NCBI GenBank assembly: GCA_951406725.2
Contig: OX597818.1
Span: 4,154,001 to 4,218,000, forward strand
Direction of reading: 5' to 3'
From: Octopus vulgaris
Lineage: Eukaryota
Length of the DNA: 64,000 nucleotides
Part shown: one piece after another, positions 34,338 to 47,847 of the stretch
Position numbering within the stretch: the first letter of the stretch is position 1
How the letters are laid out: each line of letters starts with the position of its first letter
Made by a program: the position numbers and the translations under genes
Notes under the pieces: generated by a model
Databases searched by the model: none
The model's input: only the letters and a program-made list of their open reading frames with translations
Told to the model about the DNA's origin: nothing

Positions 34338-37300
34338 GATTTGTGCTTGTATCTAAAGTTTGTCCACATTAGATGTTTCACTGCTCATGATTAACTCTTG
34401 CCACCTTGTCTGCGTTGTACCTCAAAATGAAGAGGTCAGACTGTACCTTGAAATAAAGAGGTCAGACTGTACCTCGAAATAAAGAGGCCAGATTGTACCT
34501 TGAAATAAGGAGGTCAGATCCTGTACACTATAGATCTTTATTGCAATCAGACCTGGACACAATGCAGCAGTGGATCATGAACTGGCAACTCAAGCTGGCT
34601 GTGGACAAATGTACCACCATGCATTTTGGGAGGAAAACCCAGCATCTACTTACTCCCTCCACAACACTAATCTCAAAAAGTCTTCTTGTGAACGGGACCT
34701 GGGCATTACTGTTGACAGCAATTTGTGTTGGACAAAGCACATTGCTAAAATTGCCAAGAAGGCTGAGGGTGTCTTGGCATCACTCACCAAGTCCTTTGTG
34801 AGCCGTTCTCTGGCCATCTATCTGCGGCTTTATATAGCTATGGTGCGACCTCACCTGGAATTTGCATCACCGGTCTGGAACCCCTATCTTGCCCAGGATA
34901 TTAATCGTCTGGAAGCCGTTCAGTGATGTGCAACCAAGAGAATACCCTCTATCAGGCATTTGCCATATTCTGAACACCTTACTTCCCTGGGCATGGATAC
35001 ATTGAAACTCTGACATCTGGCAACTGACTTGGCAGACACCCATAAAATTATTAACCATCTTACAAACAATAACTCTGAGCACCTTTTCAAACTCCATCTG
35101 TCTAACACCCGTGGACATGTTTACAAAGTCAGAAAACAGCACACCTCCCATGACTTTCAGAAACATTTTTTCACGCTAAGAGTTACTGAAGCATGGAACA
35201 AACTGCCGGCATCAGTTGTTAGTTGTCGGAGCACTGCATCCTTCAAAACTTCCATGCTTCCAGAGATTCGCCAACACTACACCTGATTTTCTCCCCTCCA
35301 TACACATGCATGTATCTGACTCATACACTGTTCACTTTCCAGACATTTGTACATTACTGCATATGCTTTATGCACACTTTTGACAAGTTGTGGTGCACCT
35401 GAGCACTGTATACAATAATTTCATTATTATATTATATACTGCGACGTAAGCTATATTGAATGTTAAATAAAACCTATCATAAGGTCACACCCATCTTTTG
35501 TAAACTGTCTTACTTCAATTTATTTAACATTCAAAATGGAGCAATTTCTTCGACTGGATGCTTTGATGTTAACCCTGATTCTCCTGATGCTGCAAAGAAC
35601 TGGAACCACTAGTACCAAACTTTCAACAATTTCTTATCCTCTGTTGAAGATCAAAATCCTGATAAACTCCACTTGCTGACAAATTTCATGGCTCCATCAG
35701 TGTACAAATATATTGCAGAATGTCCTGATTATGAAACTGCTATTGAAACTCTTGAAAACTTGTATGTTAAACCAAGAAATGAAATATTCACTAAGCATAT
35801 TTTTGCCACTACAAAACAAGATCTGGGTCAAACCTTGGACAAGTTTTTGCAAAAACTTAAAAAACTTTCCAAAGAATACAACTTTAAAGCTGTTACTGCA
35901 GAAAAGAATCATGAAGACGCCATTCGAGATGCATTCATTATATCAGACAGAGATTGTTGGAAAATAAAACCCTTGACCATCAAAGGGCTTTTAACCTGGC
36001 TCAATCTCTTGAAATGGTTGAAAAGTAATCCCTTACTTAAACAACACATACTCCTTGTGGTAGTATCTCTTTGACCAAGAATACTGAATCTGAAGATACA
36101 TCATCTACGACAGCAGCAGTGAACTCCTCGAAATGTTTCTTTTGTGGTTACTCTTGCCATCCTAGGTCAAAATGTCCTGCACAGTATGCCACTTGCAAAA
36201 GATGTAGTAAGAATTTGTATTTGCCACAGATCCTCAGCTGAATATAGTTATTACTGCAGTTGCACCTGCTAGCCTGTCTAAAGCTATTATCAATATTTCC
36301 TTCAATAATGCCTCTATCAAAACTCTTGTTGACACTGGAAGTTCTGAGAGCTACAACTGCTCTGATCTTGCCAAATCCATGTAACTAAATACTTATCCCT
36401 CAGAGAGAAAGACTTCCATGGCTTCCATGAAACTTTCAAGTGTAACAAAAGCACATTGTTTTGTGCAACTTTGGTAACAAGGTCAAGACTATGACAATGT
36501 AAAACTTTCCTTGTTACCCAGACTGTGTTCAGATGTTATACTGGGACATGATTTCTTGGACCTGCATGAAAGACTTCAGATTTCTTTCAAAGGAGAAAAA
36601 CCTACTTCTGTTTGTGGAGTAGCAGCAGCAAAAGTTGAAGCACCATCCTTATTTTGCAACCTGTCCCTAGATTGAAAACCAATTGCAACAAAGTCTTAGT
36701 CTTGCCATTTTTCAAAGCCCGACAAACAGTTCATTGACTCTGCGGCTTTATATAGCTATGGTGATGACAGGATATATAGCTATGTGATGACAGGATTTAG
36801 CCTTCAAACTCACCCTGGAGAGCTCGGCTTTTGGTAACAATAAATGAAAGACACAAGAAAAGGCTCGTAGTTTATTACAGTAAGACCATTAATCACTTTC
36901 TTCAGCTCAATGCTTATCCATTGCCAAGAACCGATAAGATGGTTGAGAGCATATCAAGGTATGAAATGTACAGTACATTAGATCTCTGCAGCACCTATCA
37001 TCAGATACCAATTAAGGAAAAAGAGAGACATTTTACAGCTTTTGAAGCCAGAGCAACTTATACCATTTTAAGCATATTCCTTTTGGGATTGCCAATGGAG
37101 TTGACTGTTTTGAACGCATCATGGACAATATGAATAGAGAAGAGAAGATCAAGAATACTTTTGCATACTTGGATAATATTACCATTTGTGGAGAGAATCA
37201 AGAAGATCATGGCCAGAATATTATACACTTCCTTGACTGTGCTAAGAAGTATAACATAACCTTCAATGAAAAGAAGAGCATTATCAGTGCAAAGGAAATC

Positions 37301-39436
37301 AAGTTACTAGGGTTTCAAGTATCAAAAGGAAACATCAAACCTGATCCTCAGAGATTGCAACCATTGAAAGAATTTACTGACCTACATGACTCCAAATCTT
37401 AAAAAGGGTCATTGGCATGTTCTCTTACTACTCATCATGGATTTTGCATTTTTCTGATAAAATTCATCCCCTGATAATAAATAAAATATTCCCCTTACCA
37501 GTAAAAGTAAAAAATGCCTTTGAGTATCTGAAAGCAGAAATCACAAAAGCAATTGTTGTGACTATTGACCCGACTTTGTGCCTAGTGGTTGAGAGGGATG
37601 CCTCAGACACAGCTATTGCTGCAACTCTTAATCAATATGGAAAACTCATTTCCTTTTTCTCAAGATCACTGAGTCCAAGTGAAAGGAATTGCTCATCAGT
37701 TGAAAAAGAGGCTTACACAATCATAGAAGCTCTTCAAAAGTAGAAACATTATCTTCTTGGCAAGCATTTCAAATTAATCACAAACCAAAAGTGTATTACT
37801 TTCATGTCTGACAATGCCCAGACAAGCAAAATCAAGAATGATAAAATACAGCACTGGCATATTGAACTGTCTTCCTACAGTTATCATGTTGTCTACAGGC
37901 CTGGAACTGAAAATCTCACAGCTGATGCGCTATCTCATGCTTTCTGCTATGCTTCCACCTTGGGTAGTTCTGACAGACTTAAAGAAATCTATTCCCCTCT
38001 TTGTCATCCAGGAATCCTTAGAATGTTTCACTTTGTAAAATCTAAAAACTTACTCTTCTCCATCAAGGCAGTGATGCAAATGACTGCAAATTGTAATGTC
38101 TGCTGTGAACTCAAATCTTTCTACCAACATTTTGACTCCCATTTGATTAAAGCAACACAACCTTTTGAGAGACTCAGTGTTGACTTTAGCGGACCTTTGC
38201 CTTCTAATTCCTACAAGTATCTTCTTGCTGCCATTGATGAATACTCGCACTTCCCTTTTGCCTTCCCTTGTCCCAACAAGTGCTTCAGCTGTCAAAATAT
38301 GTTTTTATAAACTTTTCTCCCTCTTTGGCATGCCCTTCTATGTTCATTCTGACAGGGAGACAAGTTTCATGTTTTTACATAGTAAAGGAATTACTATGAG
38401 TAGAACCATAGCATTTAACCCCAGAGGAAATGGGCAGGTTGAATGCCTCAATGGAACTCTGTAGAAAACTGCGACACTGGCTCTGAAGACAAATGGATTG
38501 GCAATCACTCAGTGGGAACTGGTTCTGCAAGATTCCCTGCATGCAGTCAGGTCTCTCCAGTGTACAGCAACCAATGAAACGCCTCATGAAAGACTTTTCT
38601 GATATAAACATAAATCTACAACTGGTATAACTCTTCCCAGTTGGCTTTTATCACCGGGTCCTATTCTGATGAGACAAAATGTGAGAACTTCCAAATATGA
38701 ACTGCTGGTGGATGAAGTGGAGTTAATGAACTGCAATCCACTCTATGCTCATGTTAAACTGCAGGATGGGAGAGAAACTACAGTGTCTCTAAGTCAGCTG
38801 TCTCCACCTAAAAGAAAGGACGTGGCAGACCTTCGCGTTCAAGAGCCAGCTCCTATCTCGCAGCTCCTGGACCAGCTGCACCTGCTAAAAGGCATGAGTA
38901 CCTCTCAAGCAAGGCTTGCTAATACTTGTGAACAATATGAACATTCTACTCTTGTGGAGGGAGCTGTCTTCTATTGACTATAATACTAACCAAAATAAAT
39001 CCCCTAATTCCAATATTAACCCTAATCATTCCACTAATTCACTGTCACTGCACTACCTTTATTAGAACCAGACCTTACAACTTGCGTAATAGAGAAGCCT
39101 ATTTACCCTACATAGTCCAATTGCTCTGAAGATTGAGAAACCTCAACACCCCTTAACAAACAACAAAACTGTTTAAACAAACACATGTTGTGAAATGTTT
39201 CTTCCTTTTATATGTGATCCATTCTCTTCCTCATAGGAGGGGTGAATGTCATAAATAGCATGATTTGTGTTTGTATCTAAAGTTTGTCCTCATTAGATGT
39301 TTCATTGCTCATGATTAATTCTTGCCATCTTGTCTACTTTTATTGTAGATCATACTGTGAAGTATACTGTATTGAATGTTAAATAAATCCTACCATAAGG
39401 CCATGTCTGTCTTTTGTAAATTCTCTTACTTCAACA
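34338..39436 (+). mobile_element. Degraded Gypsy (Mag-like) LTR element
   Basis: 5' LTR split (34338-34415 plus 35436-35518). 3' LTR 39247-39436 with TG..CA ends after PPT AGGAGGGG. Gag CxxC..H/CxxC, LVDTGS, AYPLP, YLDN, DASD and SVDFSGP...HSD..NGQVE motifs. Confidence 0.88.
34416..35435 (+). mobile_element. CR1-clade LINE 3' fragment inserted in the 5' LTR
   Basis: LQSDLD...W...W, ERDLGI, LY..MVRPHLEFA..VW.P, TRGH and FF..RV...WN.LP motifs. (ATT)n tail. Four 26-bp tandem units at the 5' junction. Confidence 0.9.
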
Positions 39437-40482
39437 GTGAATCAGTTTTTGCTAGACACATGTTTCCCTAGCTTGTCTCTTTGGCAGAGCTACAGCCCTG
39501 GGTCAAGCAAAGACCAAGGAAGTGCACTTAGAAAGTTGAATGTCTTCAAGCACTATCAACCCTCTCAGCCTGCCAAGTATTGTGATAGATAGAAAATCCA
39601 CTAATGACAGGTAAAATCAATGACATTCTTGGGGAAACCCTGGGCATTTAAGATAATCAACTAGCCACTCTCTTCTAGAGAACTTTTGGCCCAGAGTCAA
39701 TAGGTAACATCCAGAAATTCCTGGTCTGGCAGTGCTATCAGGGAGCATTGCTAGTTTGAGATAAACTCTACAGGCATAGATGTACCATCAGCTGAACATG
39801 TCCAAGATGTGCACAGGGTGACGAAATCAATCTGCATATGCTTTTCCAAGGCCCAAGCATTCCTGTCCTGTGGATTTATGTCAAACACCTGCTGTCACAT
39901 GGAGTGGATCTGACTATCTACTGAATCCATCATGAAGATTGCTCCACTGCCTTCGTTTAACCAGGAAGGGTAGACAGTTTTATATGCATGGTTGATGTGA
40001 TTGAAGAGGCTGAAGACAAACACGTCCTCCTTTGGCCCAACACCCATCAACTTTGTCAAGTTACACTTGAAGAAGAAAACAAAAGTGGAGAGGGGAGTCT
40101 TGCCTTTCAGCCATTTTGTTGAAAGGCGGATGATGGTGGCAAGCATGGTCCAAATGAATGTGCCTGCCCTGAGCTTACACCTGTAATTTGAAGAGAAAGA
40201 AACAGAGAAGGCACTTGCTACAGAAGTCAGGGTACCTATCTTTTTATAGGCTTTTTCCGTGACCACACCTCAAACATTGTCTCCCTATTGAGAAATTCTC
40301 ATTAAAATTTCACCATAACCTGTTTTTTTTTAATTGTTAAACCTTTTCACACATGAAACCTACACACCAACACGCATATGCAGAAGTTCATACACACTCA
40401 ATGTTTTGTCCACTACTGTCCTCAATATTTCTGTAATGTAATCCCTTTGTGGTTAATAAAGAAATCAATATTATTATTACAA

Positions 40483-42686
40483 CTGGGGTTTTCTGAAAAT
40501 CCACCCATCCATCAGATCACCTATGGGTGTTTATTTGGATGGGTGGTTATTTGTGGTTAAAAGTTGAAACAGAGTTAGTGTTCTTGTTTGCATTCTGTTT
40601 AGACATTCATTTGCTCTGTTTGGCACTAGTCTTATTTCGTCAGAGGAGTAATGTAATACCCTTTGATTGATTACTGCTATCTGATAGTTTGTCAGCTGCA
40701 CCATGCCACTTGTCTGATCCAATTTGTTGTCATTGCTACGTGATCTGATTTACCGTGAATATCTCAATTTGTAACACAAGTTCTTACTGAACACTGATAT
40801 CCAGGGAATAACCACTGCTTTGCAGTTAATGTTCCTTACGCGTGTCATTAGTAATTATCTCATTTCAAGCTTCACTGTGTTACCGTACAGTAAGTTTTGG
40901 TGGAGTAAATACGTCTGTAGATAAATTCAAGGGATTTTTATTCCAAATAATGGAGTTGAAAGAAAATATATCAAAACGTGCTCAACAATCATATACCATT
41001 AGTGAAAAATTGAGTGCTATTAAACAAATAAAAGAACATTCTGGTAATTTATCTGCTGCATCAAGAGACTTAGCATTGATAGAAAACAATTAAGAGAATG
41101 GTGCACAAAAGAAACTGAGTTAATCAATATGTCAGACAAGAGGAGGCGCAGATCAATTGGTGGAGGTAAAGGACTAGCACATAGGGATCTAGAGATTGAA
41201 CCCTTACAGTGGATTGTTGTTCAGCATGCAAACAATTTAATTGTAAATTATTGCCGTTTACGGGAATATCTTTTTGAATTGGTAAAAAGATTTGGAATTG
41301 AAATGAACAGCTTTAGATGTTCTGATAAATGGATTTTCAATTTCATGAAAGAGAATTAACTGACTCTGAGAAAGATTACACATGTTGGTCAAGCAGACAA
41401 TAAAACACTTGGAGAAAAGGCACAAATCGCCAGTGACTATCTAGATAGCATTTCAGTATTAACAGCAGATAAGGATGCTGACCAGATTTATTATATGGAT
41501 GAAACACCTGTATATGTTGACATGTTGAATTCAACAACCATAGTCTTTGTTGGCAATAAAAATGTAGAAGCTAGCCACTGTGGTGTTACCAAAGCTCGTT
41601 TTACTGCTGTGTTGTATGTTAATGCTGCAGGAAAGGTGTTGGAAACAATGATTATCCTTAAAGGATTGAAAAACGTGCTTAAAATCAAGGTCCCAAAGAA
41701 TATTTACTTAACAATTTCCAACAGGGGATCAATCACATATGAACTCATGCAGCTGTAGGCTGACAAAATGCTTGGGCAGAGAACAGCACAACTATTCCAT
41801 GCTCAAAATTCATTGCTATTCATGGATGCACAAGAAAACAGAACTCTTAGAAGTGATCAAATGTAGGAATACAATTCTCAAACTTATACCTCCTAAAACA
41901 ACGATGTATCAATTATTGGTCCTTTCAAGAAAGCCCTTTGTGCTGAATGGGAGAATTGGGTTTCAAATGGCAAAAAGGAGTATACAAATAAAGGATATCG
42001 CAAAAAAAACTTCTTATCAAGAGATAGTGAACTTGTGTGACCCAAGCTGTTGCCACTTTAAATAAAGAAACTATAAAGCATGCTTTTGAATGTTGTGGAA
42101 TTGCTCCTTGTGAACAGACTGTAGAATACAGCCTCTTAAACTCACGTTTACAGGATGTTTTGTCTAGCCTTGAGGTAAATGCACCAGATGCACATAATGA
42201 CAAAATTGGAGATGAGATACAAGTAAATGAAATTAGCTCTGATGTGAATTATGGCCAAGCAACAAATGAAGACATTTGTGATATTTAACTTGAAACTATT
42301 CGGTTATTATTCTACCATAAATACCCAAGGACATTATTTGTTCATACAAGGCTTCTATTCATATTTTCAACAGTTTAATTTTCAATATTTCCTAATAGAT
42401 CCATTGTTAACTTCAGAATATTTTTTAATATGCTACTTCTCTTAAGGCTGTTTCAGTTTCTTTATGTCTAAATATATCTAGTAACTGAAATGATAGTTCA
42501 ATGGAATTGTATAAAATAAATATAGTTTTTGAGAATATCTTTGTTTTTCCTAGGTGAAATATTTAACTTCCATATTACCGCCCATGAGCACTTATTATAG
42601 GTGGGCAGTTATTTAAGCCGAAAAATAGTTTTATAAAATAGAATTTTCCGTTTAACAGCCCTGGGCGGATTTTAAGAAAACCCCGG
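40483..42686 (+). mobile_element. pogo/Tigger DNA transposon
   Basis: TIRs CTGGGGTTTTCTGAAAATCCACCCA and TGGGCGGATTTTAAGAAAACCCCGG, followed by TA. Confidence 0.88.
40949..42288 (+). pseudogene. pogo-family transposase pseudogene (HTH, CENP-B HTH, DDE)
   Basis: SYTISEKL..I, F..S..W...F, MDETP, RFT.VL...A.G, LL.MD, IPP.TT and I..AF..CGI motifs, with several frameshifts. Confidence 0.88.
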
Positions 42687-42692
42687 TACTAA

Positions 42693-42900
42693 GGCAGCAG
42701 CTGGCAGAATCATTAGCATGCTGGGCAAAATGTTTAGTTGCATTTCATGGTTTTATATCCTGAGTTCAAATTCTGCCTAAGTTAACTTACCTTTCATCTT
42801 TTCAGGGTTGATAAAGTAAGTACCAGTTGAACACTGGGGTCAATATAATCAACTTAACCCTTCCTCCATCAAATTGCTAGCAATGTGCCAAAATTTGAAA
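42693..42900 (+). mobile_element. SINE family A copy
   Basis: ggcagcagctggcagaatcattagca...gagttcaaattc...cctttcatc...aagtaccag, followed by an (ATT/ATC)n tail. Confidence 0.8.
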
Positions 42901-42937
42901 TTATAATTATCATCATCATCATTATTATTATTACTTT

Positions 42938-43135
42938 AGGTGGCAAGCAGCCAGAATTGCTAGTATGCCAGGCAAAAAGCTTAGTGGGATTTTATCCATC
43001 TTTACATTCTGAGTTCAAATTCTGCTGAGATCAACTTTGCCTTTCATTCTTTCAGAACCAGTTGAGCACTGAGGTTGATGTAATCGACTTCCCCCTCCCC
43101 CAAACTTACTGGCCCTATGCCTATAGTAGAAAGAA
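42938..43135 (+). mobile_element. SINE family A copy (tandem with the previous one)
   Basis: Same A/B boxes and central block, followed by (ATT)n. Confidence 0.8.
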
Positions 43136-43166
43136 TTATTATTATTACGATTATTATTATTATTAT

Positions 43167-46100
43167 TAGACAATATGAAGAGCATGATGCAATTGCAATA
43201 GATATTTTATTGGTTTGAATGATATTTCAACAGTTTGACTGTCTTTGTTGAGTTCAAAAGGAAAAATGATACATAAAAATTCAAACTAATAAAAATTCAA
43301 ATTCAAATTCAAAAGTTTGAATGAGGAGATCTTGTGTTCCCACTTTGATGGAATGACATCATCAGTCTTCAATTTAAAATTTTACAACTGCGAAAAAGAA
43401 AAAAATAGAAAAAGCAAAAGAAGAAGAATATTTAATCAAACAGTTTTGTGTAAATATGATGAAATTTCCTTGTCATTTTGTTCATTATTTCAGGGCACGA
43501 TGTTAATAACTCACAAACATTTCTCTTCATGCATTTTGAGAACTGAAAGTGTAGTAGATTCATAATATTTTCTGAGAATATGCACTTTCAAGTCTTTTTC
43601 AAAACTAAAGCCATTTGATGTAAAATGTTCAGCAAGTTCTGTTGAACTACTGCTATTGTACTTGATGTCATACCTGTGCCCATTGAATCTTTTGCTTAAT
43701 TGTTCTGTTCTACAGCCAACATAAATTAAGACGTATTTGGTGTATTCTGCTGTGTACATCAAATAGGAATCTCTACATGTCCCACCTTCCGTATAAATCA
43801 TAACATTTTTGTTATGATTCCTGATGGAATTGACTTGATCCATGTAGTTGCACAATGAATGGAGCTTACCTCTCTTACAGCTGTTTTTCAAGGTACTGTG
43901 TTCAGAAACTCCAATGTTAGTTTTCTTGGTGTCTGAAGTAGAGGGTAATAGTTCTCTTATATTTTTATTCCAACTAAAGGCTACAATATGTAGCTGAGGG
44001 AATATTTTGAAACAAGGATATTTTTCCGCAACATGCTGGTAACTTTCATGTAACACCTTTGAAATGCCAATGAAATTTTGGTGCCAGTTAGTCACTAAAG
44101 GAATTCTATCATGTATTTTACTTTGTTTGCTAAAATTATGCATGAAAGTTTGACTTTCCTTACTAATCTTAGCTATGTCACTAGCAATTTCCTTTAATTG
44201 TGATTCACTATAACCGCATGGTGTACAAAAGCATTTGTATGTTTCCAGTAATCCCCTATATCAGTACAAATTCATTTAATCCTCAAACATTTGGATTTCG
44301 GATTTCACCAAATTATATGATGTGGATGATCGGAATGGCGATGGAGGTAAATGTGGGACAACATGGATTTGCAAAATAACTCTGTCACTATTCTGCCTCC
44401 AGAAAACCTAACTTTTGTGTCCAAAAACTCAATGTTAGTTTTTAAAAAACTAGACATAAATTTTATGCAGGGCTTAAAGCCACAGTTTTTAGCATAACAA
44501 TCACAGAAATACAAGAAGTCACTTAAACTATCTTGTGATACTTCCCAGATAAAAAGATGTCATCATTGAACTGTAACCAGAGTATTGGTTCATGACTATG
44601 TAGGGAATTAACTGCCTTCAGTGTCTCAAATTTGGTCATGAAGGCATTACCGAAATTAACTGTCATGGGGGTACCCCTCGTCTAGTGGTAAATCTCAATA
44701 ATTTACAGAGAGAATTAAATGGAATACTTTTGTTTGACTGTTTTTCAAAGGCATTCATGCATGCTTCCACCCCTTCATCGTGGTCAATATGGGGATGTAA
44801 GGAAGAAACATCCATGGTTACTAAAAAACAGTTTTCAACATTGCTTCAGTGCTTAGAAACGTTGTTGATTTTAGATACAAAATCAAAAGTATCCTGAATA
44901 TAAGAACTTTGACTTTTTGTGACAGGGAGTAGAATACCATCCAACCACTCCAACATTTTGGCTGTACAATATTCATATCTGCTGCAAATTGGACACATTG
45001 GAAGACATTTTTCAGATCTTTTCCTTTTGAACGGCAGTTTTCAACACAATTTCTAGTTAACTAAACACTTTTAAACTTCCTATACTGGTAGAATGTGTTT
45101 ATAAAACATCATTTTTTCTTGGCTTTATTGAGAAAATTCTATATGTTGTAACATATTTCCACTTTAAAATCGAGCATTTCGGCAATTTTAACCAATCAAA
45201 TATGTCCATTTGGGGTGAAAACATACCATGCTGTATGAATATGTCCCTTGTTTAAGAAACAGATTGGGTTTATTTACATTGCGAAGAAAAAAAGATACCC
45301 TTCCCCTACCCCTAACCCTAACCCCACCCCTAACCCTAACCCTAACTCTAACTAAACCTAACCTTAAAATAGATTGAAATGCAATAGATCAATACTAGGG
45401 TTATAATTATGGGTGACATTTTCATTTGACACAGCTAGAAAAAATCCCATTTTCCGTAGCGGTGTCGTATGAAATTGTCACCCATAATTATAACCCTAGT
45501 ATCGATCTATTGCATTTCAATCTGTTTTAGTGTTAGGTTTAGAGTTATGGTTAGGGTTAGGGTTAAGGGTTAGGGGTGGTGGAAGGGTATCTTTTTTTCT
45601 TCGCAAATGTAAATAAACCCAATCAGTTTCTTAAACGAGGGACAAATTCATACAGCACGGTATGTTTTCACCCCAAATGGACGTATTTGATTAGGCTTTC
45701 CCTAATGCCTGTCTGCCAAAATTCAAGAAATTCCAGTAGTGCTTGTGAATGTCCATCCCGAACTTTATCTGGATACCAACTTGGATTTTTTTTCAATCCA
45801 GTTATACCAGATTTGATCATCATCATTTTTATTTTCAGTAAGCATGGGGTTTTCTGACTCCTCATTATCATTTTCTTTCAAAAACATATTCCTTTGGCTT
45901 GTGATGGCAGACAAACTGAAATAACCCTGGAACTAGTTTATTTTTGTCAAAATTCTTAGTGGGCAGAAACTCAGTCCACACTCTAATATTGTCCAGTGAT
46001 AGTCTTAGCTTAGATTTTTGACCAACTTATTTGTTCATACATGATATGATGGATTTTCTTGGATAAGTGTTTTTCACAATATTACTTTCATTAGATTCTT

Positions 46101-47840
46101 GACTACCTTTTGAGTTTTGCTTGAATCATTCACTTAAAACATGGAACCTATTGTGTGATAAAAATTGCTTTGAATGTTCATGTGAGAAGTCGTAACTTTT
46201 AGTTTTCTTTCTAGGAGTAATCCATTTCTGGGAGGGTGATAGAAAGTGAGTGACTTTGGTTTTTGTTACTTTGGTTACTTTTGGTTTTTGTTAGCAATTG
46301 GAAAACCTTTACTTTCGAGTAAAAAACAAGATTTATTGTTCTTGAGGTAAAATCTTAAATGTGCTTGCATTTTTGACTGATCAAATAAAAACTTCTCTGG
46401 AGAGTTTCCAATGACTAGTTCAAATGCATATGCCAGGACAAAAAGACCTCAATCATATGCACCAACTTGGGGATTAGTAATATGAACTTGTTGAACTGTA
46501 GGAATTATATTTGTTTGTGGCAGTTACAGCATTGTTATCTGTGCTGTTAGTTCCTCTTATACTGGTAAGTTCAAACTGTCATAAACATAGACATCTCTAA
46601 AAAAAATTGGTTGACAAACCAAAATGATTGTTCCTGGTGTGATGAATGAACAATATGTAGTGTGGACTGTATGTTAGAAATTTCATGCAAGAAAAAATGG
46701 TTGGTTGTATTCAAATTTCAGGAAAATTTTCTGCTATGATTTTCAATTCAGTGTTAATAAGTTTGTCACATAACATTTGTCCTGAAAGTAAAAATGACTT
46801 CTCCTCATATTTCAACGCAAATGTTCTCAGTCAAAATATTCCTTTGCTCATTGGCTCAGAGGAATAGGAAATCAGCTTTATTATCTTCTTTTCCATTTTT
46901 GTCTTCAGGGATAAAATTTCTGTTTTTTCAAAGTTCACCAGACAATTACACAAATAGCTGAAATGATTTTGAGAACATACCTGTTCAAGAACACTCAAAT
47001 TATTCTTAATGTCTGCACCAATCAATATTAATTTTGTACAATAGTGATGAATGATAGATTCTGTTAAGTGAAATTAATTGCTCTCACTAATCAGTTTAAA
47101 CTTTTTAAGCAATGAATTGTCAAGCTGTGATGCACACATTGGGATATTTGATGTAAGACCTTCAGATATAATCTGTTTTCATCTGCATGTATCCAGAAAT
47201 GATAAATGGCTTTTGATTTTAGCACAAAAACGATTATTTTCTCATTTTGAGATTCATATTTGAATGGTACAAAATCCATTGACCAAGGATTGGGCTCAAC
47301 ACTGGAGTCAAGCAAAACTAACAGGGCTGACAAGCCAACTGTAAGAAAGAATAAATTGCAAAAACTATAATTTATATTGCGATTTTCTTTAGACACCCAA
47401 CTGTTTAGGTAACTTCCAGAATTTCTAAATGTTCCAATTCTTATTCAGTGTAACAAAATCAACCATCTCAATCTGCTTGATTTTGATATTTTAAAAGGAT
47501 TGACATAACTCTTCATAAAGGCTAATAGACAATATGAAGAGTGTGATATAATTGCAATAGGCATTTTATTGGTTTGAACGATGTTTTGACAGCTTGCCTG
47601 TCTTTGTTGAGTTCAAAAGGAAAAGTGATACATAGAAATTCAAATTCAAATGTTTAGATGAGAAGATCCTGCATTCCCACTTTGACAGAATTACATCATC
47701 AGTCTTCAATTTTCAATTTTACAACTGGTAAAAAGAAAAAGAAGAATATGCAATTAAACAACTTTGTGTAAATATGATGAAATTCCCGTCATTTTGTTAA
47801 TTCCTTCAGGGCATGATGTTAATAACTCACAAAAATATTT
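43167..47840 (-). mobile_element. Old Penelope-like element with direct pseudo-LTRs (43167-43520 and 47526-47840)
   Basis: GIY-YIG at 43511-44143 (RIPLV..W, YVG.T..LSKRFNGHR). RT relics (MDVSSL...IDH.EG, GTPM...F.N.FM, FNDD, IEFLDT). N-terminal L..GLSFC motif. Confidence 0.85.
45014..45695. mobile_element. Telomeric-repeat MITE (family of 14476) plus an inverted partial copy
   Basis: GATCTTTTCCTTTTGAACGGCAG terminus. 45200-45440 is inverted at 45455-45695. CCCTAA run at 45303-45365 and TTAGGG run at 45533-45575. Confidence 0.85.
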
Positions 47841-47847
47841 GTCCTTT

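Larger units (their letters stand above)
32450..40470 (+). mobile_element. Old L1/Tx1-like LINE relic interrupted by Gypsy and CR1 elements
   Basis: SAYADDIT, GEKINQEKS.G.WL, LSLK...ANAYI and GGLGMP motifs (33750-34330). CPRC....E...H zinc motif near 39800. 3' end ccctttgtggttaataaagaaa followed by (ATT)n. The 5' limit is uncertain. Confidence 0.7.

Noticed and set aside
43340-43372. CTGATGA motif (minus strand) in the Penelope pseudo-LTR as a hammerhead
   Set aside because: No stem II followed by GAAA could be formed downstream.
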